Numbered from the stretch's first letter, positions 37,032 to 50,452 are shown. The stretch: DNA of 64,000 nucleotides from Octopus sinensis (GCF_006345805.1 NC_043008.1:11842001-11906000); one strand, 5' to 3'. Made by a program: numbers and translations. The notes: generated by a model from the letters alone, not told the origin.

Positions 37032-37959
37032 ACCTCTTACTACACAGCTATGCCTGCACCGATGATAGTGTTCTTTCTTGTTACACCAAGAGAGAGAGAG
37101 AGAGTTATGTTATTCTGGTAAATGCAAGATGCGTAACAAAAAATTCATTCATTCCTGAATAGGAATATCGTCGTAAAACAACCGAAAAAGCTTCATTAAG
37201 AAACCGAAAGCTGATCATAGATACGGCGTACTAGAAAAACTAATTTTTTAAATCATTAAATCGACTTATATTACAAATAAATCCATACGGAGTTCTTTCA
37301 AGCTAAAATACTATAAAGAACACTCCTTCCAAAATATTTCTCGTTGAAAGTTATTTCTGTTAGTTACAGATTTTATTTATCTGAAAAAAAAACCCGGAAA
37401 TTTAAGTCCAATACAAAGTTAACAACAAAAAAAAAGAATCGCTTTTCCTTCCCCTTCTGTTTTATTCTCTTTCACTGAAGATATTCTCTCTTTCTCCTAC
37501 GTACACACCATATGCGCAGAAAAAATAATGGTAAACATTATTCTTTGGAGCACAACACTATCAGATTTCCAAACCATAGCAATTAATTCAAACCGGAACT
37601 CTTTCTTAAAAGCATTAAACTGTTCGAAATCGTAAAGTGTCCAATAATTTTCTTTCTCGCCAGGAGGTGTACTCAACGCTATCTTATGACAAAAGAAATG
37701 TGGAGGTTTACTATCAATGTTAAGCAATGGCTACCCAAACAGATATCTGATACTGGACTGAAATATAAAAACAAAATCTAATAAACCTCAATTGTTTCTT
37801 TCGTTTTCTTATAAATTGCTATTCTTTTTGTTGATGTTGTTGTTGTTGCTGTTCTTGTTGATGCCTCTTTTCAACCACTTGACAATGTGTGAACCCCGTG
37901 GTTCGGAAATTTCTCCTTGTAACGCCTTTCAATCCGTCACACGTGTGGTCTGCAGAAGA

Positions 37960-37966
37960 CATCGTT

Positions 37967-38012
<46 letters not shown>

Positions 38013-38190
38013 CCATCACCACCACCGCCACGCCACACCACCACCACTATCATCATCACCATATCTATCATCGTCATCATCATCATCATCACCACCATCA
38101 CCGCCACTCCACCACCCGCCACCCCATCACCACCACCACCACCACTAACACCACCATCACCACCACCATCATCATCATCATCATCATCAC
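37960..38190. repeat. (CAT)n/(CAC)n trinucleotide tract
   Basis: Direct inspection; source of poly-His/poly-Met ORFs. Confidence 0.95.
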
Positions 38191-39591
38191 CAACAGCATT
38201 ACTATTATATCATTCCATCGTTCATTTTATTGTTTTGCCGTTAATTGGAATCTGGTATTATTGGATAGAAGTTCCCAGGAAGCATCTTAAAGCCTAATTA
38301 TTCCATCCAAACCCTAAGATTTCTCATTATCGTTTTAAATTTCTTGTTAGCGATTTAATTGCCGAAACTCTGTAATTTTCATTGCATTTAAACTTCTTCG
38401 AAAATATTTTAGGTATCTTTTAACTCTTATCCTTCGGAGTTCAGCATTTTTTTTCTTTTAGCATTCGCACATTTTTCAATTAATCTTCTCCAAACATCTC
38501 CCCTTTTCTGTCTTATCGATCAACATCCTTGTCGCCCTTTCGTCTTTAATGTTTAATTATTTCCCCCCCAGAGAAAGAAGAGAATAATATTCGTGACTCT
38601 AATAAAAACATTTCTGTTTATTTGTTGCTATTGTCCAGGCAGCGATATTAGGGGTTCTGTTAGTGTTGCTCTTATTATTATTGTATTAAGTTTATATCAT
38701 AATTTTTTATATTATTTTGTTTCATCATTGTTATTAGTTTTGGTGTTTAAGTTATTAATTATTGCTGATTTTATAGTGTTTCTTAATATTGGTAGTATCA
38801 TCACAGATCTTGTTGTTAGGATTAGCAATATTATTTTTTGTTATTATTACTAGTATTGGTGTATCATTCTTATTATTACTGTTATTATTATTATTATTGT
38901 CATACTCATCATAATCGTCGCCATTGTGACCTTTATATCCACACTGTAGTAATAGGTTTTAAAACAAAAATTCTAGAAGTTTAATTGATTCCTCTACTTT
39001 CCAACACATTCCGAAAATTGTTTCTGAATTGATTACAATAAATATTTGATCACACGAAATATGCTTCACACACTACACCTTTCACTAGTTTGGAAACTGA
39101 TAACAATAATAACCATTAGCAAAAAATAAAGAAACAAAAATTCTAAATTTAAATGTCCTTTAAATTGTCCCCTTTCTTTCCAATTTACTTGGCGTCGAAT
39201 ATTTCTTCTTGTAAAATATATTCTATGGAGGATTGAACCATGAATCACACGCTTCCATGCTATTTCTACAGCGACCAATTACTCATGAATATTTATTTTC
39301 TGAATCTTCTGTTTACCCTGCTGGAATACAATTCAATTTGATTTTTGAAATCTATAAAATATGAATAAAAACTAAAGAAATATTATTGCAGAAGAAAAGA
39401 TTAAAAAATGGAACGAAATATGGCAATGAAGAGAAGAAAATGTGGAAATAGTAATTTCATAGAATACAGTAAACTAAACAAATCATAAAATATAACGATT
39501 AATGATAATAATTAATTAAGAGAAGAACAATGACAAGATTATCAAGAAATGTAATAACCGATTGGTGTATCTAACATTTTTTGTCTTTTAT

Positions 39592-39845
39592 ATTTTATTT
39601 CTTTCACTCAGTAGACTGAGGTCATACTGGAGCAACGAACCTTGAAAAGTCTTAGTCGAACCCTGTACGTATTTTTTTTTTATTCATTTAGACTGGTAGT
39701 TATTCGATCGAGTTCTTTTCTGGAACCGCTAGTTTACGTGGACATCAACGCACCATCACCGGTTGTCAAGCGATGCTGGAGGACATAAAGACGGACGCAA
39801 AGACAAATACACACACGTAGACATATATGCACACACATACATACA

Positions 39846-39894
<49 letters not shown>

Positions 39895-40211
39895 AATGCA
39901 TAATATATTAATTAGAGAAACACCACAATTATGCAATTCAAACAATGATAGACATAAACCAAATGATAAATAAAACATAAAATATATTTTTTAAAAACAT
40001 ATAACTGGATCATAAAAAGTATAAAAATGTATAAACAATATATAATAATGTATACGATGGACTTTTTCGGTGTCCGTCAATCAAATCCCCTTAGAAGGTT
40101 TTGGCCAGCCCGAAGCTTTAGTGGAAGACCCTTGTGTAATGCACCCCGCACTGGCACTAAATCCAGGACCTCGGGGTGGAGAATGAAACTTCTCACATCT
40201 ACTCCTACACC
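39592..40211 (-). mobile_element. Old, diverged SINE A with expanded AT-rich middle
   Basis: 3' half at 39592-39840 and 5' half at 40050-40211 both align to family A. Confidence 0.75.
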
Positions 40212-41021
40212 TATACGCTTTCAATTCTAGTTTATTTGGTTTATTTTGTTCTTGCCTTTAGTTTTATGAAATCGAATCTTGATTTTCCTTAATTTTTAGG
40301 TAGAGATGGTTATTGCGTTATTTTATTTTAGTTTCGTTTTACATTTGTTATCGATTAAGCTTAAACTTCACATCTTGAATCATGTTTCTAATTTAAATTT
40401 AGCTATTTACAGATAATGCCTTAATGAATTAAATAGAAATTAAAAGATATTTTAAAATATTCGATAAAATAGTTTTATATTGTAATAATTTTATTTGTTG
40501 TGAAAAAATCAAAATTAAAGAAAATGTAGAAATAAAAATAAACATGTAACATAAAGAATCTAAAAAAAATTTTCGAAAGGTAAATGGATATAAATTATTT
40601 AAAATTTTGTATGGAAACATTCTGATTCCCTCCTCATATTTTGTAGTTTGCAGAGAATCGGATATGTAAAATATGTGAATAAATAATATAGAAATCCCAT
40701 TATGTCTACATGTAACAGCCTGAATCCGAAAGGAAGCACTCTCTTTAAACGTGGATCTTCAACCGAAAACTAATACTGAAAGCCGCCGCATTCACTTTTG
40801 CCATTTTTAAAATTCTCATCCAGCTTTCAATAAATATATTTGAATCACTGCCCCTTCTGACTTACCCTGTTTCCAAATGAAGCGTGAGACGGTTTATGAG
40901 GACTCGACTCAAGATTTCAAACTTCACCTACCACATGATATATACACCGAACTCCCTATTAAGGAGTGCGGCAAGACAATACACTTCACTGATAACAGGA
41001 TAGTGGGAGAAGTTCGAATCG

Positions 41022-41323
41022 TGGTCCTTTGCCATTCGTAAGACCCGCAGAAGAGAAAGCAGGTCAACCCTCGACACCGAGAGCATCGATGGATGGATGA
41101 ATGCGCATCCAGGCTCAGCGGTTGCGTAGGAAGTCGGGGAGAAAAAACAGGAAGAAAGAATGAAAGTTGTAGCGAAAGAGTACAACAGGGGTCGCCACCA
41201 CCCGCTGCCGGAGCCTCGTGGAGCTTTAGGTGTTTTTGCTCAATAAACACACACAACGCCCGGTCTGGGAACCGAAACCGCGATCCTCCGACCGCGAGTC
41301 TGCTGCCCTAACCATTGGGCCAT
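41022..41323 (-). mobile_element. SINE with family C head and body but a different GC-rich 3' tail
   Basis: 41141-41323 matches C; 41022-41140 is unrelated to the C/D tail. Confidence 0.75.
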
Positions 41324-41669
41324 GTTGTACATGCTCCTATAGATGCTGTAGACTGATTTTGGTTCTGCTCTTTTTGTTACATTTACTAGTCATTTATTTG
41401 TGCAATAGCAGTTATAAAGTTTTCCCTTTCCCCGTCTTCAAGAGGATAAATGAAAGCGTGTCTGATATGCACGACGCGTTTGCAAAATAAGTATCTTTCA
41501 AAATAACAATTGAAATTTACTTTTTACTAATTTAATTCTCAACGTAGCGTGAAAGGGAAAGGTAACCAAGCTAGTGTGTCTTTACTGGCTTAGACAAATT
41601 TTATATATAAAAAAAAAAATTCAAAATTTGACAACTTATAAATATATATACGTAAGCAACTCAAAACGA

Positions 41670-42600
41670 TAATGTTAAAATCCAAGACAAATATCAGGCA
41701 GAATCCTAATATAGATGACGTTAATCAAAGAGGGAAAGTGTCACTCATATTGTTAGTGAATGGCGTATGCTGTCACAGAATGAATACAAGTAGAAACAAG
41801 AAAACCTAAGGAGAATAAACCACTGGAAGATACATAGAAAGTTAGGATTTGGGCATACAAGTGGTATGAACATGAAGTTAATAAAGTGTTAGAAAGTAAG
41901 AGATATAAGACGTTGAAGGAGTTTAACATTCACGCTGACAGAGAAATAGAAGCTAGAAGGCTTCTGTACCTATTTCTTTATTGCTCACAAGGGGCTAAAC
42001 ACAGAGGGTACAAACAAGGACAGACAAACGGATTAAGTCGATTACATCGACCCCGGTGTGTAACTGGTACTTAATTTATCGACCCCGAAAGGATGAAACG
42101 CAAAGTCGACCTCGGTGGAATTTGAACTCAGAACGTAACGGCAGACGAAATACCTATTTCTATTTCTTTACTACCCACAAGGGGGCTAAACACAGAGAGG
42201 ACAAACAAGGACAGACAAACAGATTAAGTTGATTACATCGACCCTAGTGCGTAACTGGTACTTAATTTATTGACCCCGAAAGGATGAAAGGCAAAGTCTA
42301 TCTCGGCGGAATTTGAACTCAGAACGTAACGGCAGACGGAACACGGCTACGCATTTCGCTCAGCGTGCTAACTTTTCTGCCAGCTCGCTCCCTTGAAGGC
42401 TTCTATACCACTTCTGTAGTAGTGGTAGACAAAGAGAGTAGAACGTGCCAGGTAATTGGATTAATTGTCCCAAATGTGGGAAAAATCAATACGAGAGGCA
42501 CAGAGAAAATAGCAAAGTACCAGAACGAAGTAATTGAGTGAGAGAGGCTGTGGAAAATATGTATCACTATAGGTATAGGTGCATTAAGAAATAATAAGGC
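41670..42600 (+). mobile_element. Decayed RLE-type (R4/Dong-like) LINE 3' region, interrupted by a SINE B dimer
   Basis: SVTHIVSE..MLSQNEYK, HWKI, KWYEHEVNKVLE..FNIHADREIEARR | VVVDKESRTCQVI...EKIAKYQ...ERLW...GIGAL. Confidence 0.82.
41971..42394 (-). mobile_element. SINE family B dimer (B2 plus headless B2), 15 bp TSD
   Basis: TSD GAAGGCTTCT(G/A)TACC at 41956-41970 and 42395-42409; junction at 42154/42153. Confidence 0.93.
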
Positions 42601-43048
42601 CTCATATAGAAGGAGAATGAGTGAGAGAGAGAGAGAGTAAGAAATAAAGAGAGAGAGAAAGTAGAGAGATAGATAGGGAGAGAGTGAGATAGACACAGAC
42701 TAACAACAATAAATAGAGAGATAAAATGGTGGTCAGTGAGAGTTGGGTGCTGTAACATCATTGAGTCTAATTCGCATTTTGGCTGAGTGGACCGGGACTT
42801 CATGAAGGTAACGTCCTTAAGATCACAAGGGAAACGCGGTGCAAGACACCGAAGAAGCGACCTTATGTTCGTGTATCTAGCACCGTAAAAGTGAGGCGTT
42901 GTAAAATGCCTTTTTAATATATGCGTATGTTCGTATGTATGTATGTGTGTTTGTGTGTACACACACGCATACACACAAACACCTGTATGCATACACAAAC
43001 GCACATACTCACACATAGGTATATATATATAGAGAGAGATATGTATAT

Positions 43049-43205
43049 CGCGGGCTTCTTTCGGGTTCCCTCTTACCAAATCCACCAACAAGTCTTTGGT
43101 CGGTCCGAAGATATATCAGAAAAACACTTGCCCAATGTCCCATGCAGCGGGACTGAACCCAGAACCATATGGTTGGGTATCAAGTTTCTTACCACAAACC
43201 TACAT
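43049..43205 (-). mobile_element. 5' half of SINE A, diverged
   Basis: B box and CORE-like segment present. Confidence 0.75.
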
Positions 43206-43273
43206 CTGAACACACACACATATAAGTATATGAATTTTCACACACACACACACACACCGATATATATATAAAA

Positions 43274-43592
43274 GACTCCGCCGGTTACGACGACGAGGGT
43301 CCCAGCTGATACGATCAACGGAACAGCTTGCTCGTGAAATTAACGTGCAAATGGCTGAGCATTCCACAGACACGTGTACCCTTAACGTAGTTCTCGGGGA
43401 TAATCAGCGTGACACAGAGAGTGACAAGGCTGACCCTTTGAAATACAAGTACAACTCATTTTTGCCAGCTGAGTGGACTGGAGCAACGTGAAATAAAGTG
43501 TCTTGCTCAAGGACACAACGCATCGCCGGGAATCGAACTGACAACCTTACGATCATGAGCCGAATGCCCTAACCACTAAGCCACGCGCCCTC
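43274..43592 (-). mobile_element. SINE family D (tRNA head, CORE-like GTTGTGTCCTTGAGCAAGACACTT, same 3' tail as family C; OR2-like)
   Basis: A box TGGCTTAGTGG, B box AGTTCGATTCCC; last ~150 nt match the family C tail. Confidence 0.9.
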
Positions 43593-44499
43593 ACAATATA
43601 TATATATATAAACTTACGAATCAATGCCTTTAATTGCAAACGTTTATGCGCAATTTCCAATATTTAAGACGGCGATTGCATTTCCTTTTCGTATCCAAGG
43701 GTTGTTAAAATAAATTGCGCATTTATATCCTGCAGTCTATTACAATCAATATCATCCTCGCCAAAAGTTTGACACGTTTTGCCTATCATAAAAAACCATT
43801 AAGCAGAACTATTATTTTGTTGCTGTTGTTTTCTGACTGCCTTGAATTTTTTGATAAAATGAAGAGCAAAAAAAAAACAAAACATAATTATGTTTTGAAT
43901 TATAAATCTTATGGCTGAGTAAACCATAAATACGTATAAAAATAAACTATTAGCCGCTTACTACTGGCATCCAATCAATAAAAGTACGCATGACATTTGT
44001 GGTAAATTGTAAAAATATATGTTATTTAAAAAAAAATATACAATCGTAATGTGTTTTCATATACATCAATTTTATTGCATATTTTTGTTTGCTTTCTTTA
44101 TCTTAGACTAATTAAGGTATTTCTAGAGTTTCTATAATAAAGGTGTATAAACAACAGAATAGAAGAAAAATATATATCATCATTAACAATTTAATTAGAT
44201 TTTGTTTAATGATGCTTACAAGCACCGTTAATGTATGTATTTACTTATAATTATTTCCACACATATCTGTCTATTTATCTCTCTGTCCATATATATCTTT
44301 AAATGTGTGTGCCTGTGTGTGTACTTCACATGCACATTTATAAAAGCAATGCCTACACACATCGTGTGAAATTTCTTCCCAAAGGTTAGTTTCTTTCGAC
44401 TTTCTAAAAAGGTTTTTATCAATCTTAACTCTTTGAGAAAAAATCTTCTCTCCAAATATCATAACTATATCAAGTAATTTCCAAGATACTCTAAATATA

Positions 44500-44545
44500 T
44501 ATTATGTATGTATGTATGTATGTTGTATGTATGTATGTATGTATG

Positions 44546-44584
<39 letters not shown>

Positions 44585-44663
44585 ATGTATATGCATGTAT
44601 GTATGTATCTATGTATCTATCTATCTATATGTATATGCATTTATGTATGTATGCATGTATCTA

Positions 44664-44711
<48 letters not shown>

Positions 44712-44876
44712 TATATGTATATATATATATATTTACATTCAAATCCCCAAAACAAAGGTTTATATTATGGAAATATCCCGCTAAACCGCACGAAAATCAC
44801 ATATGAGAAATTTGAAATCGGTAAACTTAGCCTGTTTAACTACTGAAACAATTGTAGGGATTACATTTGTTCTTAA

Positions 44877-44937
<61 letters not shown>

Positions 44938-45100
44938 TAATGATAATAATAAAAGTTTTCCTTTTATGATAGTATATATTTGTATATACATAAATATATA
45001 TGTATATACACATATATATATAGGTATATTTGTATGTATATACATACATATATATATGTATATATATATATATATATACACCCATTTATATTCGAGAAAA
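44500..45100. repeat. Compound TATG/TCTA/TA and (TAA)n microsatellites
   Basis: Direct inspection. Confidence 0.9.
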
Positions 45101-45218
45101 ATTGTTTGTACTCTATTGGGTATTAAATAGTTAACTCGTGATAATTAGATGTTTCATACACCTTATAAGACGAGTTTGTTTCCATTTATTATACACACAC
45201 ACACACACACACACAGAC

Positions 45219-45249
<31 letters not shown>

Positions 45250-46400
45250 GAGAGAGAGAGAGAGAGAGAGAGAAAGATAACTAGAGATATATAAATTTAT
45301 TACTATATATATACACACACACATACAGTTATAAGACATATATAGACATATATCTAGATATAAATCAGGTAAATAATACAAAATATGCCATTTATATGAT
45401 GACTGCCAAGTGCAAGCTACCTACTTCAAGTAGTGAGGTGAAATAGATTAGTAAGCAATTATATGTTCCAAAGTTATGAGATGAAAAATACATTTAAAAT
45501 GAATAAAAATCTACTTCAAAATTCTATGATTTCAAATGTACGAAATATTAATTATAAGATAAAGAGTAGATAAAAGAATTTTATTTATTTAACCCACGTA
45601 AGAATTCTGTTATGTTTCGGTAGTATTCGTTCTCTTTAGCGAAATGCTCTCTAACCCCCAAAAGAAAAAGCGTTATTGTCTTGATAAGTATTTTATTCAG
45701 AGATTAGGCAAGTTTAAAGAACACGATTTCAACCAAATATTTAAATTGTTCCTTTCTTGATGTCATCGCTGTTACTGTTGTTTTTGTTGTAGATATTATT
45801 CTTTATATTGCTTAGCCGGAAGTTACCTATAACCACATATACATATGGTCAAAAAAATCCCAATCATGACTTAGCTTCTGTTTGAACAAATATCGAGGTA
45901 TATATTATTTAATGCCTGATATAGCAACTTCATGCTATAATTTGTGGGTAATCCTGGAAATATTTTCAACAGCTCAAGCTACAAATTACACATCCAATCG
46001 ATATTGCTTTCCTCATTTCATAGTCACAGAATCTCCCTATTTCTGTTTTATAGTTGTCACAGAGACATTGTGTCCCTATTCAAATTTGGTTTATTCTCTT
46101 TTACTCTCTTCCCTCTTTCTAAGTTACGTTCTGTATGTATACGCTTGTTCTTTTCCTACTTCCTCTAAAAACACGTAGACAGATACACATACACTCATAT
46201 AAATATGCGTACACACACACACGCACATACATACATACATACATATATATATATAAATATATGTATGTTTTTCATTGTTTGATTTGCCTAATAGTGGTTT
46301 TATCTCTAATTTAATATAATATAATATTTTACTATAAAATGGATTCAATCCTAAATCTGATTTTTCCCTGTAAGTTTGGATTTATTCCCTAATATTTTTA

Positions 46401-46464
<64 letters not shown>

Positions 46465-46483
46465 CATATATATATATACGTTG

Positions 46484-46680
46484 GCGGTCGGAGGATCGCG
46501 GTTTCGATTCCCAGACCGGGCGTTGTGTGTGTTTATTGAGCGAAAACACCTAAAAGCTCCACGTGGCTCCGGCAGGGGATGGTGGTGATCCCTGCTGTAC
46601 TCTTTCACCACACTAAAGGCGGTGCTCCAGCATGGCCGCAGTCAAATGACTGAAACAAGTACAAAAAAAAAAAAAAAAAA
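46484..46680 (+). mobile_element. Chimeric SINE: family C 5' part fused to family A tail plus poly(A)
   Basis: ...CTCTTTCACCAC-ACT-AAAGGCGGTGCTCCAGCATGGCCGCAGTCAAATGACTGAAACAAGTAC-A18. Confidence 0.85.
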
Positions 46681-46799
46681 TATTGTTGTATTTGGGGATG
46701 GTCATGTTGCCAGTTTAGCCAATATATTGATATATATGTGCACACACACACACACACACACACATATACATACATACATATATATATATATCGTTGCTA

Positions 46800-47084
46800 T
46801 TATGCAATTTTGAGGTAGGTCCAAAACGTTGTTTTCAGAAAACGAAAACGTAGTTCCACCATTCCATTTCTTTTTACATTAGCAACAGTTTCAGTCCAAC
46901 AACAATACCCTTTTGGGTACAGGAAATCGTAACACCATGCATATACGGTATTTCCAGCCACAAGTATGTTTGCAAAACTGTCGTACGTGGGGCTCGCTAC
47001 AATTTTTAAAAAAATGCTAAACCATTGTACTACACTTTGACAATTTTCATCTGAAGCAACAGGAGATTCAAGCGAAATTAAATA
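46800..47084 (-). CDS. Candidate exon, unidentified (YLISLESPVASDENCQSVVQWF...AWCYDFLYPKG...)
   Basis: Very strong T-rich acceptor (TTTTTTTTTTCAG) with only phase 0 open, for 94 codons; no certain homology. Confidence 0.22.
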   Translation of the reverse strand, partial: YLISLESPVASDENCQSVVQWFSIFLKIVASPTYDSFANILVAGNTVYAWCYDFLYPKGYCCWTETVANVKRNGMVELRFRFLKTTFWTYLKIA

Positions 47085-47749
47085 CTGAAAAAAAAAAACA
47101 AAAAAAAAACGCATTTCACCAAATATGGACAAACGACAATTTCACTTAATAGCAACGCTACATGCAATAATAGGTTTTTGTCTACCAATATAACTGCATT
47201 ATTACAAAATATATGTACACTTTGTTAAGTGACAATGTACAGACCCCCAGATCTTGAGTCACTTTGTAAAAATGAAAAGCAAAAACATACATCTATACTC
47301 ATCTTTGATACATATACTCCTGTTCTTCCTCTTGAATCACCAAAACTATATATTTTTCCGTATCTTAGAGATATGAAATATAATTTTCATGAAACCCTAA
47401 CAATCCATATATAGGTATATAATTTCTCATACACACACTCACGCATAAAATCACATGACTGTGTTTTTTTGTTTACCGCGGAGAATTTTGTGTCCTTGTG
47501 TGTATTGTTGTGTGTTGTTTGAGAAATTTTCCTCTCGTTTTTCATATGTATCCTGATATTTTTCTCTACTTTACATTGTGTGATACTAAAGGTGTTTTCA
47601 GCAGATTACCCACATAATATATCGTTTTCTTCACTTTACAAATTAGCTGAGCTTAACCATGCATAATCACAATTATTTTCACGCATTTTAGCTTCCTCTA
47701 CTATAAAGGCATTTATACAAATGCATCCCAATTTAATGCTGCACTTTAC

Positions 47750-48068
47750 GTGTACCGGGATAAATCCATCTATTCATCCATACATACATATATATATTTA
47801 TCTATATATATACATATATATTTAAGTGTATCCATCCATCTATACATATATATATTTATCTATATATATGTACATATATAGTATATGTATGTATATATAA
47901 TATTATATATATATATATATATATATAAGATAAATCCATCCATCCATCTATATATATATATATATATATTTATCTATATATATATACATATATATTTATG
48001 TATATAATATATATGTATATATAATATATATATATATATATAGATAAGGATAAATTCATCCATCCATC

Positions 48069-48101
<33 letters not shown>

Positions 48102-48241
48102 TCTATATATATACATATATATTTATGTGTATATATATATATATATATATAACATAAATCCATCCATTCATTCATACATATATATATATTTATCTATATA
48201 TATATACATATATATATTTATGTATATATATATATATACTA

Positions 48242-48317
<76 letters not shown>

Positions 48318-48703
48318 TATATATATATATATATATATAATATATATATATTATGTGTGTGTGTATGCAATTTTCTTTTATTTATTGTTGTTTTCGTCTC
48401 TATTTCACATCAACACGTAATGCTCTTCTTTTTTTCAAACTATCAGTAGCAAATGCACTTTCTAAAGAATATTCCACAGTTGCCATACCCGAGGATGAAT
48501 GCTTTTAAAGCCAGTAGTGTGTAGATTTTCGATACAAGCTTAGTGAATCTAATGCTATGTTTGTTTAAGAGAGCTATTCTATATTTTTACTTTTTGTTGT
48601 AGCCAATTAAGCATGCCTCCGACTGTGAATTTATACAACGAATGGATCACATTGAATTAGACGTGACTCGCACTATTTCTTACTCTCTTCTCTGAATATA
48701 CCT

Positions 48704-48735
<32 letters not shown>

Positions 48736-48827
48736 TATAATATATATATATTATATAATATATATATACACACACACACATATATATATACATATAGATA
48801 CACATATATATATTTATATATATATAC

Positions 48828-48862
<35 letters not shown>

Positions 48863-49068
48863 TATCATATATATACATATATATATACATATATATACAT
48901 ATAATATATATGTATATGTATATATATAAATATATGTATATATATATATGTATATATATGTATGTATATATATAAATATATGTATATATATATATATTTG
49001 TGTGTATATATATGTGTATGTAATATATATATACATATATATATATACGTATATATATATATATATAC

Positions 49069-49105
<37 letters not shown>
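47750..49105. repeat. Long TA-rich tracts including a ~70-120 bp TAAATCCATCC-anchored higher-order unit
   Basis: Anchor motif recurs at about 47760, 47830, 47930, 48050 and 48155. Confidence 0.88.
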
Positions 49106-49107
<2 letters not shown>

Positions 49108-49250
49108 CGCTATACGTTCGTTATTAATGTGGGACGAATGAAGAACGAGTGAGGAAAACACCTTGGATATGATATAGTTTTTATAGTCTTTTTTGTTTAA
49201 TTAAAACTGAAGCTTAGAGTTTCTCTCACGCCTCTTGTTTCACCTCACAG

Positions 49251-49335
49251 GCGGCGGGAAATATCGAACTGCAACACAAACCCTCGGCTTCGGTTTCCGT
49301 TCACAAAACGTACATGTACACAGTATTGAAAACAG
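49251..49335 (+). CDS. Candidate 85 nt internal exon, unidentified
   Basis: Pyrimidine-rich acceptor CTCTTGTTTCACCTCACAG| and donor CAG|GTGAAT; GC-richer than the flanks; two frames open. Confidence 0.28.
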
Positions 49336-50084
49336 GTGAATTTGTTTACAATTATAATAATATTTTTTCTCGCAGTATTATGATATAATTACGTAATTAG
49401 GTCGTAATTCCTTCTATCAAAGTCACTCAGTAACGAATATTATGTCATGTTGAAGTATAAAGTTTTATGCTATTTTAGTTGTATTACTTTGCTATATTTT
49501 TACCCTCGGTAGATTAGTGCAGTGCACAATATGATGCAAAACGGTTTTCTTTGGCTTGAAACTTCAGTTAATATTTCAGTGATCAGATCAGTTTTAGCAA
49601 TCTATTTTACACTAGGATTTCAAAAGATTTAAAGATTCTTACGAAAAGTCATGTGACTCGGTAAATTATAAAACGCATTTTATATGAAAGTTGAAAGTTT
49701 CAATTTAATGCTTCGGTTTCGAGAGTTTGTAACGTGTAGGTCATTATAATGTAGTGTTGACCTTACTCGAAACTTAGGACAAACTCAATGCGGTTTCGTT
49801 TAAATATAGTATACGAACAATTCTACATTTTTATGTTAAGGAATGGATTCGTATATAATTTTGTGGCCATTTTCTTTGAAGATCAACTATTTTGTTTTCT
49901 TGTGGTGTCTTTAGAATTAATCCTGAAGAAAGATGGGGTGAGCAAAAGTACGTAGATGCTTATTTTGAGATGTAAGGCCAGGAGGGTTTATTATAAATGC
50001 ACTAATCATATATACATCCATATTTCAAAAGATTGTAGGGCCCTCGTCCATGTAGAATCCCATTACTAATTTTTCGGATACACT

Positions 50085-50452
50085 TACTCTCTTTTACTCC
50101 TGTTCTTGTTTCTCTCATTTGACTGTGGCCATACTGGAGCATCGCCTTTAGTCGAGCAAATCGACCCTCAAGACTTATTCTTTGTAAGCCTAGTACTTAT
50201 TCTATCGGTCACTTTTTCCGAACTGCTCAGTTACGGGGACGTAAACACACCAATTGCGGTTGTCAAGCGATGCTGGGGGGGGGCGACAAGCACAGACTCA
50301 CAAACATATACACACACATACACATATATACACATATTTACGACAGGCATCTTTCAGTTTCCGTCTACCAAATCCACTCACAATGCTTTGGTCGTCCCGA
50401 CGCTATAGTAGAAAACAATTGCCCAAGGTGCCACGCTGTGGGACTGAACCCT
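50085..50452 (-). mobile_element. SINE family A lacking the A box
   Basis: Aligns from the B box to the tail. Confidence 0.88.

Larger units (their letters stand above)
36632..37060 (-). mobile_element. 5' half of an older SINE A, split in its head by a nested insertion
   Basis: Head resumes at 37029-37060; body at 36632-36766. Confidence 0.8.

Noticed and set aside
37497-37730. Protein-like ORF LNIDSKPPHFFCHK...YWTLYDFEQF
   Set aside because: No homology recognised and splice signals are weak
40860-40930. VKFEILSRVLINRLTLHLETG with a GTAAGT donor
   Set aside because: Ambiguous between a LINE RT remnant and an exon; too short to call
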